Part shown: positions 26,729 to 35,651 of the stretch, one piece after another
Layout: each line of letters opens with the position of its first letter
Numbering within the stretch: the stretch's first letter is position 1
Source of the DNA: a virus
Lineage: Duplodnaviria; Caudoviricetes
Virus record (IMG/VR): IMGVR_UViG_3300026274_000001
Strand: one strand, 5' to 3'
Length of the DNA stretch: 64,000 nt
Translations under genes and position numbers: made by a program
Notes under the pieces: model-generated
The model's input: only the letters and a program-made list of their open reading frames with translations
The model's database searches: none
What the model was told of the DNA's origin: nothing

Positions 26729-27129
26729 TGGGTACACCTTGCGACATCGCTATTGTGCATCTTGACGGAACCGTGGAAGCAATAACAGTCAACTATGACG
26801 GATATTTGTCGGGCATGGGGCCATTGTTGCTGCATCACTACGATGATCGTCAAAAGATTATTGATATGCTTGCGCTTGGTAATTATAGCTCTTTGGGTGA
26901 AGACTCGCAGAATTCGATCGCCTATATACGTGATCGTGGTGAAGGGCCGGGCGAGTTGTCAAGGACGTTTTTGAGCACACACGATTACGACGAATCTTTA
27001 CGCTACGATGCTACCTACCAATACATTTTCGGGAACGACGACACTTGGTATTATTCGTCTTCGAACGAAGGGGAACTTCCGTTGGTGGTTGCCTTGGCCT
27101 TTCTCGCAAAGTACGAAGATTTCCGTTGA
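26728..27129 (+). CDS. hypothetical protein, phage/MGE-type family
   Basis: MGTPCDIAI...NYDGY..G.G..L..HY...GNYSSL motif. Confidence 0.75.
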   Translation: MGTPCDIAIVHLDGTVEAITVNYDGYLSGMGPLLLHHYDDRQKIIDMLALGNYSSLGEDSQNSIAYIRDRGEGPGELSRTFLSTHDYDESLRYDATYQYIFGNDDTWYYSSSNEGELPLVVALAFLAKYEDFR

Positions 27130-27165
27130 TTACTGCCATACGTAATGTATCATACACATATGGCA
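27126..27165 (+). promoter_or_regulatory. promoter, TTGCCA/TGGCAA dyad class
   Basis: TTGATT-16-TATCAT; TGCCATA/TATGGCA. Confidence 0.75.
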
Positions 27166-27204
27166 AGTAAGTGAAAGAACTGGCGCATCAAGTTGGATAG
27201 ATAA

Positions 27205-27378
27205 ATGAAGACTTACATTTTGAAAACGGCGCAGTATTTTGCTGCGCATCAATTACTAAAAGCTAACGGGTTGGAACTTGAACTTTTTAGCGGCGGTGCT
27301 CTATGGTGTCAGGCTATGCTTAGTGAACAGCAAGTGGCTATCCTGAATGCTCGTGGAATTACAGTAAGGGAGCTATAA
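27205..27378 (+). CDS. hypothetical protein (57 aa)
   Basis: MKTYILKTAQ...; not in the supplied track. Confidence 0.55.
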   Translation: MKTYILKTAQYFAAHQLLKANGLELELFSGGALWCQAMLSEQQVAILNARGITVREL

Positions 27379-27495
27379 GCAATAATTACTGCAATACTAG
27401 TATGGTTATCTATTAGTAAGCAGATATTGCTTGTAAAACTTGGTAAGCATATGCATACTCGCAACTCCACTAAAGATGGCGTAAAAAGCGGAATT

Positions 27496-27687
27496 ATGGA
27501 AGTCGAAGCGTATTTCATAGTAGACACAGTTGGCAAGAATCTCAATAAGGTTGTCGGTGGTCCGTATTGGAACGAAGTCGAAGCTGAGATGAAAATGGAA
27601 AAAATGCGTGTACAAGTAGGTGATGAATCACGCTTTAAGATCCGCCCTGCAACCATGACAATTCACTTTAAACCAGAAGAGGATTAA
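27496..27687 (+). CDS. hypothetical protein
   Basis: Start uncertain (27451 or 27496); TAATG-coupled to the HAD gene. Confidence 0.55.
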   Translation: MEVEAYFIVDTVGKNLNKVVGGPYWNEVEAEMKMEKMRVQVGDESRFKIRPATMTIHFKPEED

Positions 27688-28169
27688 TGTTTGATACGAT
27701 CTTTTTAGATTTGGAAGATACAGTGATTGAGTCCTGGCACTCTCCGTATTACACCAATCTACAGAAAGTTCGTAAATGGTTGAAAGATAACACAGTTACT
27801 GAAGTTGGCATTTTTAGCTTCGCTATTCATAATGATGCTGACAAAGCAATTTTTGATCAGCAAATGCGAGTTGGCTTAACTGATGCGCTTGGCATAAGAA
27901 TAACCACATGGCCATCAGTCCTCGAGATGATGACAATTGACACCAAATATACGGGTGATCATTGGGTACGTCCGGGAGTAACCCAGAGCGAAGGGGTTAC
28001 TGACTATGTCAACATGCGGGGTAAGCAGAACGCTTTCATTAATTTTGTGAACGCGACCTTACCCAATTCACGTCATGCTGCTTTATTGGATGACATAGTG
28101 GAAGATGTGACGCTTACATATAGAAACACTGGACGACAAATCAGTATGGTGAATGTACTGAAATTGTAA
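27687..28169 (+). CDS. HAD-superfamily phosphatase
   Basis: Motif I IFLDLEDT; C-terminal LLDD. Confidence 0.7.
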   Translation: MFDTIFLDLEDTVIESWHSPYYTNLQKVRKWLKDNTVTEVGIFSFAIHNDADKAIFDQQMRVGLTDALGIRITTWPSVLEMMTIDTKYTGDHWVRPGVTQSEGVTDYVNMRGKQNAFINFVNATLPNSRHAALLDDIVEDVTLTYRNTGRQISMVNVLKL

Positions 28170-28188
28170 GCACCATATCAATACCATG

Positions 28189-28212
28189 ACGCCGCGTTTG
28201 CGGCGTTTTTTC
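28189..28212 (+). terminator. intrinsic terminator
   Basis: ACGCCGC-GTTT-GCGGCGTTTTTT. Confidence 0.85.
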
Positions 28213-28324
28213 ATTGCAAAAATACAACAGTATGTTCATCTTGTGGTGCTACACTACAAGGTTCGCTGATTAGTAATACCGTTTCATTTCAGGAACAAAA
28301 CTTCAACAAATTGCCATTCTTTTG

Positions 28325-28353
28325 TTGACTGATGAATGGCAGATCAGTATAGT
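28325..28353 (+). promoter_or_regulatory. sigma70-type promoter of the DUF2828 gene
   Basis: TTGACT-17-TATAGT; TGCCATTC/GAATGGCA dyad brackets the -35. Confidence 0.8.
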
Positions 28354-28452
28354 TTGACTCTGTTGAAGATTAAGTGAAAGTTGGGATCGAAAACATCAAA
28401 GGCGTGCCACAAGGCCGGTCCCGTTTAAATGTGAATAATAAGGAGAACGAAT

Positions 28453-29916
28453 ATGGGTTTCAAAGCAGCAGTAGCAAACACGGAAGTTTTTGGCGAAACC
28501 GCAAATGGTGCGGCGACTCTGGTATCGAGTCTGGATCCAGTAGTTGATTTGTTCTTTGCCATCGGTTCCAGCCGTGGTAAGGATCTGACCGCCCCGTTCG
28601 CTGCCGCTTATGGTGCTAGCCGTGAACATGCTTTGCGTGTACTGGCTTGGGCACGTGATATTCGTGGTGGAGCAGGCGAGCGTGACACGTTCCGCAAGCT
28701 GCTTCAATACCTGGAAGCAAATCGCCCACTGGATGCTGAACTGATGGTACCGTTCGTGCCCGTGTATGGCCGTTGGGACGACTTGTTCGCGTTCAAGACC
28801 GACCGTCTGCGTCATGCTTCGTTTGCGCTGATTGATCGCGCATTGAAGAACCAAGATGGTCTGTGCGCAAAGTGGATGCCGCGCAAGAACAAGGCCGCAG
28901 CTTTTAAGGATGGCAAGGAATTGCGTCCGGCTGACAAGACGCAACAAGAACTCATGAAGTTTATGGGTCTGTCGCAAAAGCAATACCGAAAGCTGTTGGT
29001 TGGCTTGACGAACGTGGTTGAAACGAAGATGTGCGCAAAGGATTGGGATTCGATCGAGTTTGGTAAGATCCCGTCGATTGCAGCGTCGCGTTATCAAAAG
29101 GCGTTTGGTCGCAATGCAGCAGATTCGTACGCGAAGTACAAGGAAGCACTGGAAAACGGTGAAGCGAAGGTTAACGCCTCTGCGATCTTCCCGCACGACG
29201 TAGTGAAGTCGATGTTCGCTGGTGACCGTGTTGTCGCGAAAGCGCAATGGGAAGCACTGCCGAACTTCCTGGGTGATGATTGCATTCTCCCAATGGTCGA
29301 CTTGTCGGGCTCGATGAGCATGCAAAACATCCCCGGCTGCACCAACCTGACCGCGATGGACGTGGCGATCAGCTTGGGTCTCTACATTGCTGACAAGCAA
29401 AAGGGTGCATTCTCGGATATGTGGCTGACGTTTGCCGATACGCCGAAGATTGATATCCTGAAGGGCGATATCATCAGCAAGCTGGACCAAATGCGCCGTG
29501 GTGAAGTTGGCTACAGCACGAATGTGGAAGGCGCGTTCAAGGAAGTGTTGCGTGTGGCGGTGAAGAACAAGGTTGCGCAAGCAGAAATGCCCAAGTATAT
29601 CCTGTTGCTGAGCGACATGGAATTCAACGCGGCAACTGGTGGTGCAGATGTCACCCTGTACGATCAGTTCCGTGTTGACTTCGAAGCTGCTGGTTACGAG
29701 CTGCCGAAGATTGTTTTCTGGAACCTCAATGCTCGTGCAGGTAACGTCCCTGTGCGCTTTGACGAGGCTGGTACTGCGTTGGTTAGCGGTTTTAGCCCGG
29801 CAATCCTGAAGTCGATCCTTGCTGCTAAGGCATTCTCGCCGAAGGATATTATGTTGACGGCGATTATGGACTTGAAGTATGACGTGCTTGGTACGCAAGT
29901 TGCTGTGGCTGCGTAA
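28453..29916 (+). CDS. DUF2828 / TROVE(Ro60)-like helical-repeat + vWA protein
   Basis: TANGA; ARDIRGGAGER; YGRWDDL; AKWMPR; MIDAS DLSGS; LLSDMEF; VFWNL; SD AAGGAG. Confidence 0.85.
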   Translation: MGFKAAVANTEVFGETANGAATLVSSLDPVVDLFFAIGSSRGKDLTAPFAAAYGASREHALRVLAWARDIRGGAGERDTFRKLLQYLEANRPLDAELMVPFVPVYGRWDDLFAFKTDRLRHASFALIDRALKNQDGLCAKWMPRKNKAAAFKDGKELRPADKTQQELMKFMGLSQKQYRKLLVGLTNVVETKMCAKDWDSIEFGKIPSIAASRYQKAFGRNAADSYAKYKEALENGEAKVNASAIFPHDVVKSMFAGDRVVAKAQWEALPNFLGDDCILPMVDLSGSMSMQNIPGCTNLTAMDVAISLGLYIADKQKGAFSDMWLTFADTPKIDILKGDIISKLDQMRRGEVGYSTNVEGAFKEVLRVAVKNKVAQAEMPKYILLLSDMEFNAATGGADVTLYDQFRVDFEAAGYELPKIVFWNLNARAGNVPVRFDEAGTALVSGFSPAILKSILAAKAFSPKDIMLTAIMDLKYDVLGTQVAVAA

Positions 29917-29932
29917 TCGCAAATAGCAACAT

Positions 29933-29962
29933 AAACGGCGAGCTAATAGCTCGCCGTTTCTT
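29933..29962 (+). terminator. intrinsic terminator
   Basis: AAACGGCGAGCTA-A-TAGCTCGCCGTTTCTTT. Confidence 0.8.
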
Positions 29963-29974
29963 TGAGTAAAATAC

Positions 29975-30328
29975 ATGAATGTAGTCACAAAAGATATGCG
30001 TTGGTATGGCGAGCCTCCCGAAATAGCGGTAGTGCAGCAAGTACTGAAAGATCCAAATATCAAAGATCAATGGTCTATTTGGATTTATGATGGTTATGGT
30101 TTTCAAGCACTAGGTGATGCAAACCTGTTATACTCTACATGGTATAAAAGCGCCAGAGCGGCAATCAGCCAAGCACGGGTGATTCAACAAGAAGACACTT
30201 GGAAACATTTGCCAATCGGTGTGTATTATGGTGGCGCAAGCTTCAGTTCGAAAAAAGAAACACCACATACGCGGATTACTATAGAAAGCGATTTTGATGC
30301 TATACAACTAATACTGACTATGGAGTAA
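29975..30328 (+). CDS. paralog family B member
   Basis: C-terminal ITIESDFDAIQLILT resembles genes at 33312-36049. Confidence 0.65.
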   Translation: MNVVTKDMRWYGEPPEIAVVQQVLKDPNIKDQWSIWIYDGYGFQALGDANLLYSTWYKSARAAISQARVIQQEDTWKHLPIGVYYGGASFSSKKETPHTRITIESDFDAIQLILTME

Positions 30329-30330
30329 CA

Positions 30331-30870
30331 ATGAATAAAAATCTCACAGATTTAAGTAAGTTCCTCAGTTACGTTCTGCGTCACAAGCCAGAGTCCATTG
30401 GCCTAAAGCTTGACAGCGAAGGCTGGGCCGACATTGCAGAATTGATGGCAAAACAGCAAGCAAATGGTCCAGTTGCCATGTTGCTGGATGACATTATGAC
30501 TGTTGTGGCTGACAACGACAAAAAGCGCTTTGAAGTGAAGGATGGGAAAATTCGTGCGGTGCAAGGACATTCATCCAAACAAGTTGATCGAGAATTCAAA
30601 GCCGTAGTGCCGCCAGTGAAATTGTTTCATGGCACGGCAACCAAGTTTGTAGACTCAATTCTCAAGCAAGGATTACAGCCACAGTCTAGACATCATGTTC
30701 ACCTGTCTGCTGATATCGAAACTGCGGTAAAAGTCGGTCAGCGTCACGGTAAGGTGGTGGTATTTGAAGTTGATTCAAAGCGTATGTATGCTGATGGAAT
30801 CAAGTTCTTCCAAGCTGAAAATGGCGTCTGGTTGACGGACGTAGTACCAGCCAAGTACCTGTCACAATAA
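30331..30870 (+). CDS. kptA: RNA 2'-phosphotransferase Tpt1/KptA
   Basis: SKFLSYVLRH; KKRF; IRAVQGHS; LFHGT; RHHVHLS; NGVWL. Confidence 0.93.
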   Translation: MNKNLTDLSKFLSYVLRHKPESIGLKLDSEGWADIAELMAKQQANGPVAMLLDDIMTVVADNDKKRFEVKDGKIRAVQGHSSKQVDREFKAVVPPVKLFHGTATKFVDSILKQGLQPQSRHHVHLSADIETAVKVGQRHGKVVVFEVDSKRMYADGIKFFQAENGVWLTDVVPAKYLSQ

Positions 30871-30934
30871 GCTTTGCTATGACTGTAACACTCGTATAAC
30901 ATTACCTTACCACGTTTTACAACAACGGGAGGGG

Positions 30935-31942
30935 ATGATGAAAAAGTATGTTGCAGTCATAGCAGCACTGATGTTAGCTGGTTGTGGGGGAGGGGGCGGT
31001 GGTGATAATTCAAATACGTCAGCCGCGTCCACGCCGGCTAGTTCACCCACACCAGCATCAAGCCCAGCGGTGGTTACCGCTTCAGCACAAGGCATTTACA
31101 ACACTTCAGTAGGTGCAACGGGCGCACTGACTAATATAGTATTGCCTGATGGTTCGTTTTACATATTCAATGTCAATAATGCAGTCTTTACTGACATTGT
31201 TATTGGTGATAGTACGGTAACATCAACAACCATCAATTCCACAAACGCGGTTGATTTTTCATTCGCAAATGCAAGCAGCACCAATGTTTTGCTTGCGGCA
31301 ACTTATGTGTCGAAACAGACCCTTAATGGTTCGTTAACGATAACGAGTCAAGTAGTACCGTTTGCTAGTGATTATAACCAAGCATACGACAACACGATCG
31401 CATTGACTCAAATAGCTGGTGCGTATACGGGGGCGAATGCAACGCTTAGCGGCCCCGTACAAAATCAGATCACGATAAAACCTGATCTTTCTTTCATAGG
31501 GGTGTCAAGTACCTGTCAGTATGCTGGACAATTAACTGCAAGTCATGGTTCACTTTATACGGTAACCATTACATTCCCTGCAGGTTGTCCGTTTGCCGGT
31601 ACAGCGATAACTGGTATTGCAACATTTGATCCAACTCTCAACCAGCTAACCATCGTTGCGTCGCCCCAAAATCGAGCCGATGTGTTTCTTGCTATAGATA
31701 CCATGCCTGCAACAGCACCAAGCACCGCTCCAGGTACTTGTAGTGTGTTTGCACCGTCGTCAAGCTGTTCACCTCTAGGTACTGTTCCCGCAGCCACTAC
31801 ACCTGCTAGCTCAACTTCCGCTACGCCATCAAGCCCAGCAAGTGGAACGACACAAACCGGTAGTGGGACTGAGACGTGCACTAATCCGACAGGCTGCACG
31901 TCAAGTGGTAGTACGACAACGGGGGCCACGGCAGGTACGTGA
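30935..31942 (+). CDS. Ser/Thr/Pro-rich outer-membrane lipoprotein (CGGGGGG type)
   Basis: Lipobox LAGC followed by G6; low-complexity linkers; beta-rich core. Confidence 0.8.
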   Translation: MMKKYVAVIAALMLAGCGGGGGGDNSNTSAASTPASSPTPASSPAVVTASAQGIYNTSVGATGALTNIVLPDGSFYIFNVNNAVFTDIVIGDSTVTSTTINSTNAVDFSFANASSTNVLLAATYVSKQTLNGSLTITSQVVPFASDYNQAYDNTIALTQIAGAYTGANATLSGPVQNQITIKPDLSFIGVSSTCQYAGQLTASHGSLYTVTITFPAGCPFAGTAITGIATFDPTLNQLTIVASPQNRADVFLAIDTMPATAPSTAPGTCSVFAPSSSCSPLGTVPAATTPASSTSATPSSPASGTTQTGSGTETCTNPTGCTSSGSTTTGATAGT

Positions 31943-31974
31943 TATTATAAGTTGCATCAAGTAACAGTAATTTT

Positions 31975-32003
31975 AACGGGAAGCAATTGCTTCCCGTTTT
32001 TTT
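31975..32003 (+). terminator. intrinsic terminator (24-bp perfect palindrome)
   Basis: AACGGGAAGCAATTGCTTCCCGTT plus T-tract. Confidence 0.85.
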
Positions 32004-32016
32004 ACGTAAAATTTAC

Positions 32017-32044
32017 TTGCGTGCCATGCTAACTTTGCTAGACT
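32017..32044 (+). promoter_or_regulatory. sigma70-type promoter
   Basis: TTGCGT-16-TAGACT. Confidence 0.55.
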
Positions 32045-32086
32045 AACCTGCACCAAAAACTAGATACTGCAAAGACTAGATTAGTC

Positions 32087-32311
32087 ATGGAGGACGACTT
32101 GAACGAATTTGTATTTTTTCGATATGCCGCGAGAAATTTCTGTGTTAGAACCTCTCTGGTGGGAAACAAGGATGAGTTAGATTCGTTCTTGAATGATATT
32201 CAAAATGAATATGCTAGATTGAATGTGAATTCACCTCATCATATTATCGCTGTGGAAAGCTATCAGAAAGCCCTAGATGCTTACCGAACTGCATTGACGC
32301 GTCTTACCTAA
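32087..32311 (+). CDS. hypothetical protein
   Basis: ORF between promoter elements. Confidence 0.5.
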   Translation: MEDDLNEFVFFRYAARNFCVRTSLVGNKDELDSFLNDIQNEYARLNVNSPHHIIAVESYQKALDAYRTALTRLT

Positions 32312-32324
32312 CTGGTAATTATAC

Positions 32325-32360
32325 TTGACTAAAAGCCATATGATTGTACTATATGGCTTT
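32325..32360 (+). promoter_or_regulatory. early promoter, hairpin family
   Basis: TTGACT-16-TACTAT; AAAGCCATAT/ATATGGCTTT. Confidence 0.8.
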
Positions 32361-32440
32361 CCTGTTTGGAAGAACAGAAGGCATGTACTAGACTACTAGC
32401 GCATGACAACAATATTTACTGGCTAATTTGGAGGTTTCAT

Positions 32441-32632
32441 ATGCATATCAGCGAAATCAAACTTGACCGAGTTTACATGTTCACCAAGAGCGGAAACGAA
32501 GTACGTGTTCAGAACGTTATCACTGACGGCGACTATAAGGGTATGATTCAAGTGGAACGTACCACGTCAGGTAAGAAGATGCTGGTTACGGCTGCTGGTC
32601 TGGAAGAAGTTCCGGCCTACGAGCTGGATTAA
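32441..32632 (+). CDS. small SH3-like hypothetical protein
   Basis: SD GGAGG. Confidence 0.7.
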   Translation: MHISEIKLDRVYMFTKSGNEVRVQNVITDGDYKGMIQVERTTSGKKMLVTAAGLEEVPAYELD

Positions 32633-32634
32633 AC

Positions 32635-32823
32635 ATGCCCACGCAATACAAACAAGAACCCAAATTCACCAAGGGACGTATTATTCGCAACCTCGCTGCG
32701 GTAGTTGTTGGCAGTGGGGGTGCGTGTTTGCTATTAAACGGCGGAGTGCCTAGTATCATACTTGGTATTGGATTGGTGCTGGTTGCATTCGTGTTGCTCG
32801 AACGAGAACTGACAACAGGCTAA
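32635..32823 (+). CDS. small two-TM membrane protein
   Basis: Hydrophobic hairpin. Confidence 0.65.
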   Translation: MPTQYKQEPKFTKGRIIRNLAAVVVGSGGACLLLNGGVPSIILGIGLVLVAFVLLERELTTG

Positions 32824-32840
32824 ATTTGTTCATTTGGTGC

Positions 32841-32882
32841 TTGACTGGTTACCAGGTGAGTGTATCATTTGATACATGGTAA
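32841..32882 (+). promoter_or_regulatory. early promoter, hairpin family
   Basis: TTGACT-16-TATCAT; CAGGTGA-N5-TCATTTG; ATG at 32876 in frame with gene. Confidence 0.88.
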
Positions 32883-32902
32883 ACAACGTTAAGGAGCTAC
32901 AA

Positions 32903-33247
32903 ATGTCGAAGCAAACGAAAATCCTGTCCCTCGAAGACTTCCTTGTAGATGTGAACGACGGTAAGATGTTTACTGTGACGTTTGTTAAGAAGACGGACGG
33001 CGAGCTGCGCACTATGACTGCACGTCGCGGCGTTAGCAAGGGCGTTAAGGGAGTTGCAATTGATCGCGCAGGTGAAGACAAGCGTAACAACGTTCTTACC
33101 GTGTATGACATGCAAAAGCTGGAAGAAGGCAAGGATGAAAAAGGTGCTTTCCGGCGCATCAACCTGGAGTCGCTGGTTTCCTTGAAGCACAAGGGCAAGC
33201 AGTACGCTTACGCACACGCACGCCAAGAGTTTGTTGAACTGGCATAA
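32903..33247 (+). CDS. WYL_2/DUF2693-like SH3-fold protein
   Basis: FTVTFVKKTDGELRTMTA...VYDM...AFRRINLESL. Confidence 0.7.
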   Translation: MSKQTKILSLEDFLVDVNDGKMFTVTFVKKTDGELRTMTARRGVSKGVKGVAIDRAGEDKRNNVLTVYDMQKLEEGKDEKGAFRRINLESLVSLKHKGKQYAYAHARQEFVELA

Positions 33248-33267
33248 CGCGTAGCTAGCGCAAACAC

Positions 33268-33294
33268 ACGAAGAGCCCCAGTGGGGCTCTTCGT
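33268..33294. terminator. hairpin, probable terminator
   Basis: ACGAAGAGCCCC-AGT-GGGGCTCTTCGT. Confidence 0.7.
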
Positions 33295-33311
33295 CATTAT
33301 AAAATTAGTGT

Positions 33312-33578
33312 ATGATAATTGAAAACGCTGTTGTCATAGAAGAAACTGATATCACCGCCGACTTGGGCGGTCACCGTTATCCTGTATTCAATATCACGTT
33401 TAGCGTTGATCCTGAACGGGTCGCTTACCAAATCCAAACATTTAGTATTAAGGAAGCGTTTAGGAAAGCGAAAGAATACGGTCGATGCTCCCCCATTTAT
33501 TTTAAGGGCCTAGACTACAATCTGCCTAAATTGGTGGACGAAATACTAAAATTGCAACTTTATTTGACTTTTGAATGA
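33312..33578 (+). CDS. paralog family B member
   Basis: PIYFK...LVDEILKLQLYLT. Confidence 0.7.
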   Translation: MIIENAVVIEETDITADLGGHRYPVFNITFSVDPERVAYQIQTFSIKEAFRKAKEYGRCSPIYFKGLDYNLPKLVDEILKLQLYLTFE

Positions 33579-33846
33579 CATGTATCCATACGATCGTATC
33601 TATATAAAAAAATTACTAACTCTATTTGACGGTGGAGATCCAGTTCCCAATGCGTTTTTGGTATCAGCGTCAGTGAACTTGATACCAATTAGTATGAAGT
33701 ATGTTGGATTCATGAACGCACTGCACTGGGCAAAAAAACTGCGAGAAAGCAACGAACCCATTTATTTCAAGTTAAGTGATGATGCCATACCGCAATTGAT
33801 CGACGACGTGCTAGAATTACAACTTTATTTGACTTACTGCAACTGA
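33571..33846 (+). CDS. paralog family B member
   Basis: PIYFK...LIDDVLELQLYLT. Confidence 0.7.
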   Translation: MNDMYPYDRIYIKKLLTLFDGGDPVPNAFLVSASVNLIPISMKYVGFMNALHWAKKLRESNEPIYFKLSDDAIPQLIDDVLELQLYLTYCN

Positions 33847-34262
33847 TGGCTAAGAACGGTGGGAAGCATTACAAATACTTCATGTTTTATCATAAATTGG
33901 CGCTTGATCCGTACTGGCAAAAAAGTTTTAAGCAGTTGTATGAAAGCGAACCCTTTTACTTGCTAACTAGACAACAAAGTCGGTGGCATCTACGGATCCC
34001 GATGGTGCAGTATGGTGAAGTTAGACATGTTGGCATAACTACGTTGATTAAAAAAGAATTGTTCAACGTACAGAGCAGGAAGAGAAAGGGATTTACCCTT
34101 GATGAATTGATGGTATATTTTCATGATTTGAGAATAGTGTGGGGTGATTTTCCCCTGCATGTTCGAGTTGGATTCGGACCTGGTGGATCGTACATTACCG
34201 AAGACGTAACACATGAAGATGAGCTTATAATACAGTTGAAGTATATGAATGTTGCTTGCTGA
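33846..34262 (+). CDS. paralog family B member
   Basis: WHLRIPM; EDELIIQL. Confidence 0.7.
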   Translation: MAKNGGKHYKYFMFYHKLALDPYWQKSFKQLYESEPFYLLTRQQSRWHLRIPMVQYGEVRHVGITTLIKKELFNVQSRKRKGFTLDELMVYFHDLRIVWGDFPLHVRVGFGPGGSYITEDVTHEDELIIQLKYMNVAC

Positions 34263-34273
34263 CGGAGGTTGAT

Positions 34274-34570
34274 ATGAGTGAACAGAACAAAGAATTGTGG
34301 GTGGAGGAATACGGATACACGGACTACGTTGAATTTCCAAATGAAAACAACGCGTGTATTAATCGCCTCATGTTCACTCACGCGCTCATCTCCGAGTTGA
34401 CAGAAAGCGGGATGTACGGGGACCGTTGGTGCTACCACAGCTACGAAGCGGCAAAGGCTGCTCTGGATGCATGGGATGGCGAAGGGGAGCCAACAGGCTG
34501 GCATCGTCACCCAACTACGGGACGTCGTCGTGAAAACGGTGATCCACAAAAAGAAACCATCAATTGGTGA
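34274..34570 (+). CDS. hypothetical phage protein interrupting the family B array
   Basis: SD GGAGG; RWCYHSY...WDGEGEPTGWHRHP. Confidence 0.75.
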   Translation: MSEQNKELWVEEYGYTDYVEFPNENNACINRLMFTHALISELTESGMYGDRWCYHSYEAAKAALDAWDGEGEPTGWHRHPTTGRRRENGDPQKETINW

Positions 34571-34573
34571 CCT

Positions 34574-35014
34574 ATGGCCTACTCTCGTTATAAGTATTTC
34601 AAGAATGTGAAAGCCATGCAGTGGGGAAAGCCGGCTGTTGAAAAGGCATTTCTTCAACAAGTATGGCCGGAATCGACTAAGTGTCATTTTTCTCTTGTGA
34701 AAAATGAAGGCGACAACTGGGAGATCAATATCCCATTATTGAACACTAAAGATGATTCAATTGAATTTCAAACTCTTGAATGCTACAGTGAATATTCAAG
34801 TAACTGGGATGGAGTTTATGATGGAACGGGCTTCTTTGAAATAGCCGGCCAATATCCATACAAGACGTTTCGTGATGCATTTATGGCAGCTAAAGAATTA
34901 AAAGAGATTTATGCCAATTTGCCAATTGTAGTGGTTCCTGTAAGTGGCCAAGACGGTGTTATAATTGGCACAACCAACGCAGATGAAGTTGCCGCCGTTC
35001 TAACCTATAGCTAA
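34574..35014 (+). CDS. paralog family B member
   Basis: WEINIPL; DAFMAAKEL; ADEVAAVLT. Confidence 0.7.
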   Translation: MAYSRYKYFKNVKAMQWGKPAVEKAFLQQVWPESTKCHFSLVKNEGDNWEINIPLLNTKDDSIEFQTLECYSEYSSNWDGVYDGTGFFEIAGQYPYKTFRDAFMAAKELKEIYANLPIVVVPVSGQDGVIIGTTNADEVAAVLTYS

Positions 35015-35019
35015 CTCGA

Positions 35020-35298
35020 ATGACTACAGGAATTATCACGATAACTGCTCGCCCAGACGGTTATCACTACTCAGTTAGATCTCCTATTCATCAACCACCC
35101 ATAATGACTAAAGTATATTGGCCTTGCGGACCACAGAAGATAACGGCGGCCATTAAAGCTGCTCAGCATCTACAGTCTGCTATGAAAAACGCCAGTCATC
35201 CAGTCACTTATCGTATCTTTGCCGGTTTCGAAGATGGAGAATATATCTCGATAGAAACAGAGAACGACGTGTTGCAAGTAACATTGGCGTTAGGGTAA
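35020..35298 (+). CDS. paralog family B member
   Basis: AAIKAAQHL; IETENDVLQVTL. Confidence 0.7.
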   Translation: MTTGIITITARPDGYHYSVRSPIHQPPIMTKVYWPCGPQKITAAIKAAQHLQSAMKNASHPVTYRIFAGFEDGEYISIETENDVLQVTLALG

Positions 35299-35300
35299 TC

Positions 35301-35651
35301 ATGCACCGCAATAAATTGAATATGCTAGAGCCTGAACTTGGCGAAGTTTTGATCTGGAAGGATCGAACCGACGACGATGAGTGGGATGAGTGGGTTGTTG
35401 AATATTCCGCCTTAGAACGACGGGTTGATTCAATTAGCTGGATTACTTGCTACCATCCAATTTATGGCTTGAAAGCCTCGATATTATTAGCTAGAAAGAA
35501 AGTTGAAGAAATAAAGCATAGTCTCAAAGGCCAAGACGAATCAGTATCATATGGGGTATTCTTCCTAATACCCGACAACGATGACTATGTGGACATCACA
35601 GAGGATGCATCAACCATCCAAGTTCTGTTTCAATACGATAATTATAAATGA
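35301..35651 (+). CDS. paralog family B member
   Basis: LKASILLA; ITEDASTIQVLF. Confidence 0.65.
   Translation: MHRNKLNMLEPELGEVLIWKDRTDDDEWDEWVVEYSALERRVDSISWITCYHPIYGLKASILLARKKVEEIKHSLKGQDESVSYGVFFLIPDNDDYVDITEDASTIQVLFQYDNYK

Noticed and set aside
28413-28423. GGCCGGTCCCG as a eukaryote-type Y RNA 5' stem
   Set aside because: Only a superficial match to GGCTGGTCCG and no complementary downstream TTGACT strand; kept only as a generic structured-leader candidate
28396-30063. 555-aa minus-strand ORF
   Set aside because: Antisense shadow of the codon-biased DUF2828 gene; no SD, promoter or recognisable motif
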